Below, piece after piece: positions 25,608-34,360 of a stretch of 49,135 bases of DNA. The position numbers and the translations under genes are program-made. Below the pieces are notes generated by a model. It was not told where the DNA came from and did not search any database. It saw nothing but the letters and a program-made list of their open reading frames with translations. Source of the stretch: Pseudomonas phage phi297; the sequence record HQ711984.1; one strand, 5' to 3'. Numbering within the stretch: position 1 is the stretch's first letter; every line of letters begins with the position of its first letter.

Positions 25608-26978
25608 ATGACTGACAAACTCGACCTCGCGGTCAATCACGCGATGAGCAGTGCTATCGCGCGTGCGCGAATGAGCCTGCTGAACCAGGGCATCGGCCAT
25701 GACGCCAAGCGGCCGCAGGCATGGTGCGAGTACGGTTTTCCCCAGGAAATCACGTTCAACGACCTGTACACCATGTACCGGCGGGGCGGCATCGCCCATG
25801 GCGCGGTCGAGAAGATCGTCACCACGTGCTGGAAGACAAATCCGCAGGTCATCGAGGGCGACGATCAGGACCGCTCCAAGGACGAAACCGAGTGGGAGAG
25901 GAAGAACAAGCCATTGATCGCAGGTGGCAGGTTCTGGCGGGCTGTCTCCGAAGCCGACAGGCGCCGCTTGGTGGGTCGGTACTCCGGGTTGCTCCTCCAC
26001 ATCAGGGACAGCCAGCCCTGGGACAGGCCCGCCAGGGGAAAGCTCAATGGCCTGGCGAAGGTCACCCCGGCCTGGGCTGGGTGCCTTAAGCCGAAGTCGT
26101 TCGACGAAAAGCCGGATAGCGAGACCTACGGGCAGCCCACCATGTGGGAATACACCGAGGCTTCCCAAGCCGGCCGCCCTGGCCTGGTGCGGGATATCCA
26201 TCCGGATCGGGTGTTTATCCTCGGCGACTGGACCGGCGATGCAATCGGCTTCCTGGAGCCTGCCTACAACTCCTTCATCAGCCTGGAGAAGGTCGAGGGA
26301 GGCAGTGGCGAATCGTTCCTGAAGAACGCTGCACGCCAGCTCCTGCTGAACTTCGACAAGGAGATTAACCTCGGCGAGATCGCCAGCACCTACGGCGTGA
26401 CGCTCGATGCGCTCAACGAACGCTTCAACGAGGCGGCGCGTCAGCTAAACCGCGGAAACGATGTCCTGCTTCCAACCCAGGGTGCGACCGTCACGCAGAT
26501 GGTGTCCGCCGTTTCGGACCCTGGGCCTACGTACAACGTCAACCTGCAAACCGCCGCCGCCGGCGTCGACATCCCGACCAAGATTCTGGTGGGCATGCAG
26601 ACCGGCGAGCGGGCGAGCAGTGAGGACCAGAAGTACCACAACGCCAGATGCCAGGCGCGCCGGGTGCAAGAACTGACGTTCGAGATCAACGACCTGTTCG
26701 CGCACCTGATGCGCATCGGCGTGGTTCCGCTGAAAGCCGAGTTCACCGCGATCTGGGATGACCTCACCGTGCCGACCAAGGCCGAGCGCTTGGCCAACTC
26801 CAAGACAATGAGCGAGATCAACAGCGCCGCGATCGGCACTGGCGAGCCCGTGTTCACGGCGGAGGAAATACGCGAAGAGGCTGGCTACGACCCGCTCCAG
26901 GGTGGTGATCCGCTACCTGACACCGAACCGGAGGATGAAGATGCCGCGCGCACCGATCCTACCGGCGAGCAGCAGTGA
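25608..26978 (+). CDS. portal protein
   Basis: 456 aa, positioned after terL. Acidic C-terminal tail. Confidence 0.75.
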   Translation: MTDKLDLAVNHAMSSAIARARMSLLNQGIGHDAKRPQAWCEYGFPQEITFNDLYTMYRRGGIAHGAVEKIVTTCWKTNPQVIEGDDQDRSKDETEWERKNKPLIAGGRFWRAVSEADRRRLVGRYSGLLLHIRDSQPWDRPARGKLNGLAKVTPAWAGCLKPKSFDEKPDSETYGQPTMWEYTEASQAGRPGLVRDIHPDRVFILGDWTGDAIGFLEPAYNSFISLEKVEGGSGESFLKNAARQLLLNFDKEINLGEIASTYGVTLDALNERFNEAARQLNRGNDVLLPTQGATVTQMVSAVSDPGPTYNVNLQTAAAGVDIPTKILVGMQTGERASSEDQKYHNARCQARRVQELTFEINDLFAHLMRIGVVPLKAEFTAIWDDLTVPTKAERLANSKTMSEINSAAIGTGEPVFTAEEIREEAGYDPLQGGDPLPDTEPEDEDAARTDPTGEQQ

Positions 26979-27864
26979 CCCGACCGGGGTCGATCGCCTG
27001 GAAAGGGGCGCAATGCGCGAGTTCGACAGGCGCATGCGGAAGATCAGGGATGGTTACGTGGCCGCCCTGGACCGAATCCCGGCCCAGCCGGTGGTGAATG
27101 AGCAGTACACCTACCGTCTCGACCAGGCCCTTCTCTCCGCGATCTTCGCCGACACCAACCTGATGGTCGACGAGATCCTGCAAGAGGGCGGGGAGCGCGA
27201 CCTCTGGTTCTTCGAATCCTATGTCGGGGTTGCCTACATCCGCGGTACCGCACAGACGCATGCCAACCTGGCGCAGCAATCGTCTGCATACCGCGCCGGC
27301 CGGGAATCGCTGGATGTCCTGCTTCGATCCGACGCCTACCGCGCGCGGATGGCGCTGCTTCGCGCTCGGGAGTTCGAGGAAATGAAGGGGCTGTCGGGCC
27401 AGGTCAAGGCCGACATGGCGCGCATCCTCGCCGAAGGCATGGGGCGCGGGAAGAATCCCCGCGAGATTGCACGGGATCTGACCGCACAGACCGGCATCGA
27501 GGCGCGTCGAGGCCATCGCATCGCCCGCACCGAGGTCACTACCGCACTCCGAAGGGCTCGCTGGGACGAGAAAGACGCTGCTGAGGCCGATTACGGCGTC
27601 CAGTCGAAGCTGATGCACATGTCGGCCCTGTCTCCCAGCACTAGGGCCACCCACGCGGCCAGGCACGCCAGGCTCTACACCTCGGACGAGGTGAGGGACT
27701 GGTACAGCCAGGACGGAAACTCGATCAACTGCAAGTGCAGCCAGGTCGAGGTCCTGGTCGATGACGAAGGGAACCCGGTTGTCCCGGCCATCGTCGAGCG
27801 CGCGCGCCGCAACTACCAAGTCATGAAAGCCAAAGGGCGCGGGCCCTGGGCGAAAGAGGATTGA
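26941..27864 (+). CDS. head morphogenesis protein (Mu F / SPP1 gp7-like)
   Basis: ATG 26941 with GGAGGA at 6 nt. Position and size fit. Overlaps the portal gene's 3' end. Confidence 0.7.
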   Translation: MPRAPILPASSSDPTGVDRLERGAMREFDRRMRKIRDGYVAALDRIPAQPVVNEQYTYRLDQALLSAIFADTNLMVDEILQEGGERDLWFFESYVGVAYIRGTAQTHANLAQQSSAYRAGRESLDVLLRSDAYRARMALLRAREFEEMKGLSGQVKADMARILAEGMGRGKNPREIARDLTAQTGIEARRGHRIARTEVTTALRRARWDEKDAAEADYGVQSKLMHMSALSPSTRATHAARHARLYTSDEVRDWYSQDGNSINCKCSQVEVLVDDEGNPVVPAIVERARRNYQVMKAKGRGPWAKED

Positions 27865-27867
27865 GCC

Positions 27868-29145
27868 ATGCCCATGCAGGTCAACATCACCACCCAGGTC
27901 AACAGCGCCAGTATTCGACGTGAGACCTACAACGGGCGCGAACACCTGGTTCTGCCGAGCTACACCCTGCCGGCCGGGGTGATCATGAACGGTGGTCTCT
28001 ACACCGCCGAGCAGATCGACAAGCACTACCCAGGCCTGGAGGGAACGCTCGCGCCGCTCGGCCACCCGATGGTCGACGGGAAGTTCGTGTCTGCGTTCTC
28101 GCCTGAAGGGATCAACGTCGGCCACGTCGGCGCCTGGAACCGCAACGTGAAGAAGTCCGGCAACCGGGTCTACATGGAGAAGTGGGTCGACGTCGAGTTC
28201 GCCAAGTCCACGGAAGGCGGTCGTGAATTGTTGCAGCGCGTCGAGGCGCTGGAGAAGGGGGATGACGTCCCCCCGATCCATACCAGCGTTGCCGCATTCC
28301 TCAACCGCATCGAGCCGAACGAAAGCCAGCGCGCCCAAGGCGCGGAGTGGGTCGCCGACATCCAGAGCATGGACCATGACGCGATCCTGCTGCATGAGGT
28401 AGGGGCGGCCACTCCTGAGCAGGGCGTCGGCCTCATGGTGAACGCGGACCAGGCTGTGCCGCTTCAGCCGAACTCCGGCGCCCTGGTTGGCGAGTCCTAC
28501 CGGGAGCGTGAGCAGCGCCTGGACCGAGCCGCAAAGGAGCGATTCGCCTCCGGCCCCGACCAGTACGCATGGGTTGCCGACTTCACCGATTCCCAGGCCG
28601 TGATCAGCCTCAACGGCGGTGTGACCGAGGTGTACGGCTACAAGGTCGAGGCAGGGAAGATCGTCTTCGACGAGTCCGGCCAGCCCGTTGTCCGGCAAGA
28701 GTCCTGGGTCGCCATGGTGGCCAACAGCATCAAGAACATTTTCACCCATCGTCAGGCTCGGCCTGATCAACCTGAGAAGGAGGGCGACATGCCCCTGACC
28801 CCCGAAGAAAAGGCCGAAATCGTGAAGGAAATCGGCACCAACACCTCCAGCGCCATCAAGGAACTGGCGGACACCATCATCAAGCCCCTGGCCGACAAGG
28901 TCGACGGCCTGGTCGCCAACCACAAGGCCCTGGCCGACACGCTGACCGCCAACCAGCGCGCCGAGGAAGACAGCATGCGCGAAGCGGTCAAGGCCAAGTT
29001 CGGCGAGGTCATCGCCAACAGCCTGGCCGGCGACGCGCTCAAGGAAATGTTCAAGCAGTGCGGCGAGTCCGCCCCGCTGGGCGCCAATGCCGCCACCGAC
29101 AAAGGCGGTCTCACCGCCGATATCAACAACCTGCCGAAGGAGTAA
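27868..29145 (+). CDS. putative scaffolding / prohead-processing protein
   Basis: 425 aa. Helical, K/E-rich C-terminus typical of scaffolds. Confidence 0.45.
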   Translation: MPMQVNITTQVNSASIRRETYNGREHLVLPSYTLPAGVIMNGGLYTAEQIDKHYPGLEGTLAPLGHPMVDGKFVSAFSPEGINVGHVGAWNRNVKKSGNRVYMEKWVDVEFAKSTEGGRELLQRVEALEKGDDVPPIHTSVAAFLNRIEPNESQRAQGAEWVADIQSMDHDAILLHEVGAATPEQGVGLMVNADQAVPLQPNSGALVGESYREREQRLDRAAKERFASGPDQYAWVADFTDSQAVISLNGGVTEVYGYKVEAGKIVFDESGQPVVRQESWVAMVANSIKNIFTHRQARPDQPEKEGDMPLTPEEKAEIVKEIGTNTSSAIKELADTIIKPLADKVDGLVANHKALADTLTANQRAEEDSMREAVKAKFGEVIANSLAGDALKEMFKQCGESAPLGANAATDKGGLTADINNLPKE

Positions 29146-29148
29146 GCC

Positions 29149-29598
29149 ATGTCTCGCTATCGTCGCGTGAACATCGACGGCAAGTCGCTGTTCAAGACCG
29201 AAACCCGCAAGACCGCCGCGGATCTCCTGCCCGGCACGTTCGCCGTGATCAATGGCAGCGACCTGTTCGCCCAGGCAAGCGCAAGCGTTGGCCGACTCTA
29301 CGTCATCGACTGCGCTCACCACGAAGGTCTCAACATCCGCGATGCGGTTCCCGCCGGCCATTCGGCCGTGGGCAACTACGTCGAAGAGGGTCGCGAACTC
29401 GCCGTGCTGTGCCCGGCCGGTACCTACAAGAAGGACACGCCGATCAAGCTCGGAACCAGTGGCCAGGGTGCCATCGCGTCGAGCGATACCGACACGGTCC
29501 TCGGTTACAGCCAGGATGATGCAGTCATCGCCTCCGGCCAAACCGACTTCATCCGCATCCGCTTCCGTGTCGGCAGTGTCGCCGCCCCGGCGCCCTAA
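29149..29598 (+). CDS. head accessory/decoration protein (149 aa)
   Basis: Lies between the scaffold and the major capsid gene. Confidence 0.45.
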   Translation: MSRYRRVNIDGKSLFKTETRKTAADLLPGTFAVINGSDLFAQASASVGRLYVIDCAHHEGLNIRDAVPAGHSAVGNYVEEGRELAVLCPAGTYKKDTPIKLGTSGQGAIASSDTDTVLGYSQDDAVIASGQTDFIRIRFRVGSVAAPAP

Positions 29599-29613
29599 TA
29601 GGAGTACGGACAC

Positions 29614-30708
29614 ATGTTCCTCACCCAGCAAGCAATCGCCGCCCATCCCCGCCTGATGGGCCACTTCCAGGAGTTGCAGGCCAACCGCAACATCTGGAAC
29701 AACCAGAACGCCGCTATGCTCGCCGAGCACCGCGGCGCCATGACCCCGGGAATGCTGGCCTGCAATGCGCTGGCCGGCCTGGGTCGTGAGTTCTGGGCAG
29801 AGATCGACGCCCAGATCATCCAGTACCGCAACCAGGAGACCGGCATGGAGATCGTCAACGACCTCCTGCAGGTGCAGACCGTTCTGCCGATCGGCAAGAG
29901 TGCCAAACTCTACAACGTGGTCGGCGACATCGCCGATGACGTGTCGGTGAGCATCGACGGCCAGGCCCCGTACTCCTTCGATCACACCGAGTACAACTCC
30001 GACGGCGACCCAATCCCGGTATTCACCGCCGGCTACGGTGTCAACTGGCGCCATGCCGCTGGCATGAGCACCGTCGGCATCGACCTGGTCCTGGATTCCC
30101 AGGCCGCGAAGCTCCGCAAGTTCAACAAGCGGATCGTTGCCTACACCCTGGACGGTGCCACCAACATTCAGGTCGAGAACTACCCGGCTCAGGGCCTGCG
30201 CAACCACCGCAACACCATCAAGGTCAACCTGGGCTCCGGCGCCGGCGGCGCGAACATCGACCTGACCACTGCCACGCCGCAGCAGATCATCGACTTCTTC
30301 ACCAAAGGCGCATTCGGCCAAGCCGCGCGCACGAACAAGGTCGACGCCTACGACGTGCTCTGGGTTTCCCCGGAAATCAACGCCAACCTCGCTCAGCCGT
30401 ACATGATCACCATGGGCGGCGGTGCGAATGCGGTAGTGGCCGGCACCGTGCTCGATGCGGTCATGCGCTTCATCCCGGCGCGCGAGGTTCGCCAGACCTT
30501 CGCCCTGTCGGGCAACGAGTTCCTGGGTTATCAGCGACGTCGTGACGTGGTGTCCCCGCTAGTCGGCATGGCTACCGGTGTTATCCCGCTGCCGCGCCCG
30601 CTGCCGCAGGTCAACTACAACTTCCAGATCATGAGCGCCATGGGCATCCAGGTGAAGAAGGACGACGAAGGTCTGTCCGGCGTGATCTACGGCGCCAACC
30701 TGGCGTAA
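29614..30708 (+). CDS. major capsid protein
   Basis: 364 aa. RBS GGAG. Followed by a terminator hairpin. Confidence 0.7.
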   Translation: MFLTQQAIAAHPRLMGHFQELQANRNIWNNQNAAMLAEHRGAMTPGMLACNALAGLGREFWAEIDAQIIQYRNQETGMEIVNDLLQVQTVLPIGKSAKLYNVVGDIADDVSVSIDGQAPYSFDHTEYNSDGDPIPVFTAGYGVNWRHAAGMSTVGIDLVLDSQAAKLRKFNKRIVAYTLDGATNIQVENYPAQGLRNHRNTIKVNLGSGAGGANIDLTTATPQQIIDFFTKGAFGQAARTNKVDAYDVLWVSPEINANLAQPYMITMGGGANAVVAGTVLDAVMRFIPAREVRQTFALSGNEFLGYQRRRDVVSPLVGMATGVIPLPRPLPQVNYNFQIMSAMGIQVKKDDEGLSGVIYGANLA

Positions 30709-30719
30709 GGGGGGGCGAT

Positions 30720-30911
30720 GTGCGCTACGAAGTGACCCGCGCCTGGCATGGCGTAAGCGTGGGCGACGTGGTGGAACTGGAGCACCTTCACCCGTCGCTG
30801 AAACCCAACGTGCGCCCCCTCGGCGGCGATTCTGTCCTCGAAGCAGCTACGCCGGCTGCAAGTTCGGATGTCGAGCAGAAACGCCGAGGGCGACCGCCGA
30901 AAACCGAGTGA
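30720..30911 (+). CDS. hypothetical protein (63 aa)
   Basis: Small ORF. Weak support. Confidence 0.3.
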   Translation: MRYEVTRAWHGVSVGDVVELEHLHPSLKPNVRPLGGDSVLEAATPAASSDVEQKRRGRPPKTE

Positions 30912-30926
30912 CCGGTGCGTGACGAG

Positions 30927-30958
30927 AGGCCGCCTGCGGGCGGCTTCGTCGTTTCTGG
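30927..30958 (+). terminator. intrinsic terminator after the capsid gene (GCCGCC-TGCG-GGCGGC + T-rich)
   Basis: GC stem with loop, followed by ttcgtcgtttct. Confidence 0.45.
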
Positions 30959-30993
30959 CCTCAGCGATGGGGCCCTTCCTTCTGGAGAATGAA

Positions 30994-31236
30994 ATGTTTG
31001 GAAATCTGATCGACTCGGACATCCCGGCAATTCCAAAGGCTCCGCCCGCTCCCATGGAGTTCCCGGCCCCGTTCCGGGCTAGCGATGACTTCAGGCTCTG
31101 CGATGCTATCCGGAACACCGTGGATGCTGCGCAAGACGCCCAAGGTATGACGCTTCGGATTCTTCAACGACACCTCCTCCGTCTGTGCAACCTGCAGGTC
31201 GAGCAACTGGAGGGATGTGGTGATGATCACAGTTGA
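30994..31236 (+). CDS. hypothetical protein (80 aa)
   Basis: ATG 30994 with GGAG at 6 nt. The longer track start is rejected. Confidence 0.4.
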   Translation: MFGNLIDSDIPAIPKAPPAPMEFPAPFRASDDFRLCDAIRNTVDAAQDAQGMTLRILQRHLLRLCNLQVEQLEGCGDDHS

Positions 31237-31624
31237 ACAGGCCCGGCAGTACCTCCAGAGCCAGGGCATCGACAACGTGCCCGATTTCATCCTTGCGGCG
31301 TGGATCGAGCAATTGCAGCAGATCCACGACTGCCTGGATGCCCATTACCCGGCATCGACCGCGCTGCTGATTCAGGCCTACCTGCTGGCGCTGTTTGCCC
31401 TGGCACAGGCCGACAAGTACATCAGCAGCCAGACGGCACCATCCGGCGCTTCTCGATCGTTCCGCTACCAGGCCTTTGCTGATCGCTGGAAGGCGCAGTT
31501 GGCCCTGCTGAACGCCCTGGACAAGTACGGATGTACGACGGGGCTGATTCCCCCGAACCCAACCCAGACCGCACACGGCGGCCTTTGGATCGCGCGCGGT
31601 GGCTGCATGTGTGGTGACTCATGA
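31217..31624 (+). CDS. head-tail connector/adaptor protein
   Basis: Assignment rests on position and size. Confidence 0.45.
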   Translation: MVMITVEQARQYLQSQGIDNVPDFILAAWIEQLQQIHDCLDAHYPASTALLIQAYLLALFALAQADKYISSQTAPSGASRSFRYQAFADRWKAQLALLNALDKYGCTTGLIPPNPTQTAHGGLWIARGGCMCGDS

Positions 31625-31959
31625 GCACGACAGCGAATTGGAGTTACACCAACACTGCGACGGTTCGGCCGTTCCTGCACTTCGACCTTTCGACACAGGA
31701 GGCCGTTTACGGCCTCGAGTACGAGATCGCCTGCACTTGGACCGCCAAGAGCGAGCAGATGCGGGAAGAAGGTGGTCAGTCTGGGGCGCGAGGTGCCGAG
31801 TTCGTATCGCGGCACCAGATATTCACCGAGGACCGCCGGCCGAAGTACCTGGACCTGATCCAGTTCGACGGCTCCAACGGCTGGGAAGAGATTCGCTCGG
31901 TGACGAACTGGGACATGTCCTTCTTCGGCGAGCAGCCGGACTTTCTACTGGTGACTTGA
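31621..31959 (+). CDS. head-tail joining protein
   Basis: Start overlaps the upstream stop (ATGA). Confidence 0.45.
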   Translation: MSTTANWSYTNTATVRPFLHFDLSTQEAVYGLEYEIACTWTAKSEQMREEGGQSGARGAEFVSRHQIFTEDRRPKYLDLIQFDGSNGWEEIRSVTNWDMSFFGEQPDFLLVT

Positions 31960-31960
31960 C

Positions 31961-32365
31961 ATGGCAATCCAAGGAATCGACCGCGTCCGGCGGAATCTTC
32001 GTGTGGCTGTCGAAAACATCGCCGGCGGTGTTTCCGAGCGCGCAGTTTATGAGGTACTGAGCCAGGGCGCCGCAATGGCGCAGACCATGACGCCGATCGA
32101 CACATCGACTCTGGTCAACAGCCAAACGGCCCCCCAGATCACTGTTGGCCCAAACGGGGTCGAGGGCAGCGTCGGTTACACCGCTGCCTACGCAGCAGCA
32201 GTCCATGAAGCACCTGGCACTCTCGCCGGCCAGCCACGGGACGAGAATGACCCTAGCCGGGGGGACTATTGGGACCCGAATGCGGAGCCTGAATTTCTCA
32301 CGAAGGGCTTTGACCAGATCATTCCAGCCATCCCGGCCATCCTCCGCAGGACATACCGCGTATGA
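31961..32365 (+). CDS. HK97 gp10-like tail component
   Basis: N-terminal MAIQGIDRVRRNL is characteristic of the family. Confidence 0.6.
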   Translation: MAIQGIDRVRRNLRVAVENIAGGVSERAVYEVLSQGAAMAQTMTPIDTSTLVNSQTAPQITVGPNGVEGSVGYTAAYAAAVHEAPGTLAGQPRDENDPSRGDYWDPNAEPEFLTKGFDQIIPAIPAILRRTYRV

Positions 32366-32736
32366 CCCCCTACGACGCCTTCCAGGACTGGCTGGCTTCG
32401 ATCCTGGGCGAGGGCTACCAGTACAGCCGCGGGATGTGGGTCGACCACCCCTCGCTCGACTCGGCATTCATCGCAGCGATCCAGCAAACCGGCGGTCCCC
32501 CGACCCAGGTCGACATTCGCCGCCTGCGGTTCAAGGTGATCCTCCTCGGCCCGAAGGGCGTCCGGAAACACGTTGTCGACGTCGGCAACTCAATCGAGAC
32601 CCTGGCGCAGGCAGCGCTTGGTGACAGCGTCCCCTGTGGCGCCGCATCTGTTCGGGCAATCGGCGCGCCGATAGGGCCCGGATACACCACCGAAAACCGG
32701 GCCTGGTACAGCCTGGACCTTGAAGTTCTCTATTAA
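32362..32736 (+). CDS. tail terminator/completion protein
   Basis: Assignment rests on position, immediately before the major tail protein. Confidence 0.45.
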   Translation: MTPYDAFQDWLASILGEGYQYSRGMWVDHPSLDSAFIAAIQQTGGPPTQVDIRRLRFKVILLGPKGVRKHVVDVGNSIETLAQAALGDSVPCGAASVRAIGAPIGPGYTTENRAWYSLDLEVLY

Positions 32737-32750
32737 TCAGGAGGCCAGAC

Positions 32751-33746
32751 ATGGCTTGCAAGAAGCTCAAATTTCCGGGCCGCGACGTCGTGCTCGAGTA
32801 TTTCATCGGGTGTGGCGATGTGTTGCCGGCGGAGACTGACTGGCTCCGTTTCGGGTCGCTCCGCACGAAGGAGTTCACTGTCGAATGGGACACCATCGAC
32901 GCAACCGATTCCGACTCGGTCGGCGCGCTGCGCGAGAACCTGGCCAGCTTCCAGACGCTGACCATTTCCGGTGACGGTACCGTGAAGTCCTCGGGTGCTG
33001 GCGCGCAGAACCTGATCGACCTGACGAAGCATGTCGTGAAGCCGGACGCGACCGGCGGGCAGCCTGTTGTCTGGATGCGCATGACCTTCCCGGACCTGAC
33101 GTTCACCGCATTCATGCTCATCAGCAACCTCAGCCGCTCCGCACCATACGACGATGTCACCACCTACAGCTTCGAGGCTTCGGCGACCGCTTCGGACTTC
33201 GGCCTGATCGTCGAGGATACCCCCGACGCTGATGCGCCGGACCCGACCAGCATTCAAGTCGTGCCGGAGACTCTCTCGCTGACCGTTGGCGAGGGCTTCA
33301 ACTTCGAGGGCGTCGTGCTGCCTGTTGGCGCTCCGCAAGGCCTGCGCTGGACCTCCAGTGCGCCGACCGTGGCCGCGGTGAACGCGGTTACCGGCGATGT
33401 GAGCGCGCTGTCGGCCGGCACTGCTACGATCACCGCTGCTTCCAGCGTAGCCCCGGGCGTTACCGATACCGCAACCGTCACGGTCATCCCGCTGGTGCAG
33501 GGCATTACCGTCTCGCCGACCTCCGTCTCGATCGCCGAAGGCGCCACCCAGCAACTGACCGCCGCTGTATCTCCGACCGGCGCGGCTCCTGGCCTGGTCT
33601 ACGAAAGTGCGGCGCCGGCGATTGCTACCGTGAGCTCTACCGGCCTGGTTACCGGCGTTGATGTCGGTACCACCACGGTGAAAATCACCAGTGCGGCGCG
33701 TCCCTCGGTAAGCGTGACCGTTCCGGTAACCGTTACTGCACCGTGA
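32751..33746 (+). CDS. major tail protein with C-terminal Ig-like (Big_2) domains
   Basis: Repeated TATVTV/AEGATQQLTA motifs in the C-terminal third. Confidence 0.75.
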   Translation: MACKKLKFPGRDVVLEYFIGCGDVLPAETDWLRFGSLRTKEFTVEWDTIDATDSDSVGALRENLASFQTLTISGDGTVKSSGAGAQNLIDLTKHVVKPDATGGQPVVWMRMTFPDLTFTAFMLISNLSRSAPYDDVTTYSFEASATASDFGLIVEDTPDADAPDPTSIQVVPETLSLTVGEGFNFEGVVLPVGAPQGLRWTSSAPTVAAVNAVTGDVSALSAGTATITAASSVAPGVTDTATVTVIPLVQGITVSPTSVSIAEGATQQLTAAVSPTGAAPGLVYESAAPAIATVSSTGLVTGVDVGTTTVKITSAARPSVSVTVPVTVTAP

Positions 33747-34360
33747 TCCTCACCGAGATCGGTGAGATAGGCGTACACACGGCCTCGGGGGAGTTCTTTC
33801 TCCTGCGGCCGTCCCTGTACGCCATGACCCAGCTCGGTACGCCGGCCGAGATTGTCGACGTCTTCGCGCGCGTCATGAGCGACCCGATCACCGAGAAGCA
33901 TCAGGCGGACCAGTTCGCGGACGCCCTGGCCGTGGTGATGGCCTGTAGTGAGCAGGACCTGTCCGACGTGTTTGGCTACTACGATCAGGACCTGATCTAC
34001 CGGCCAGGAACTGCGAACGTCGAGCACCTTGTACCCCTCGCGCGCTGCCTGCTGAAGCACGGCGTCACAGGAGCGCTTCCGCCACTCCCCCGGCGCCACG
34101 ACGAAGAGCCGAACTACTCGGGGGAATTCGTTGCGCGGGAGTACGTCGCGACGGCGATAGCGCACCTGGGGCTGAGCGAGCGCGAAGCCTGGTCCATGAC
34201 CATGACCGGCCTGATCGGCGCTCTGCGCGCGAAATACCCCCCAACCGAATCGAACGCTCCGGGCGCCAGAGCCCCGACCGCGGCAGAGCATGACGCGACG
34301 ATGGAGTGGTTCGACAAGATCGAGGCCAAGCGCAAGGCGCGGGCGAAAGGAGCACCCTGA
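33743..34360 (+). CDS. tail assembly chaperone (G-like)
   Basis: Position immediately before the tape measure gene. Confidence 0.5.
   Translation: MILTEIGEIGVHTASGEFFLLRPSLYAMTQLGTPAEIVDVFARVMSDPITEKHQADQFADALAVVMACSEQDLSDVFGYYDQDLIYRPGTANVEHLVPLARCLLKHGVTGALPPLPRRHDEEPNYSGEFVAREYVATAIAHLGLSEREAWSMTMTGLIGALRAKYPPTESNAPGARAPTAAEHDATMEWFDKIEAKRKARAKGAP

Noticed and set aside
26959-30321. 1120-aa minus-strand ORF spanning portal to capsid genes
   Set aside because: It is antisense to five well-supported structural genes. The composition is Gly/Ala/Val/Asp-rich, typical of high-GC frame artefacts.
33743-34360. Programmed -1 frameshift (G/GT-type) at the tail chaperone
   Set aside because: No overlapping T-like ORF or obvious slippery heptamer was found, and the tape measure starts right at the G-like stop. 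Not supported from sequence alone.
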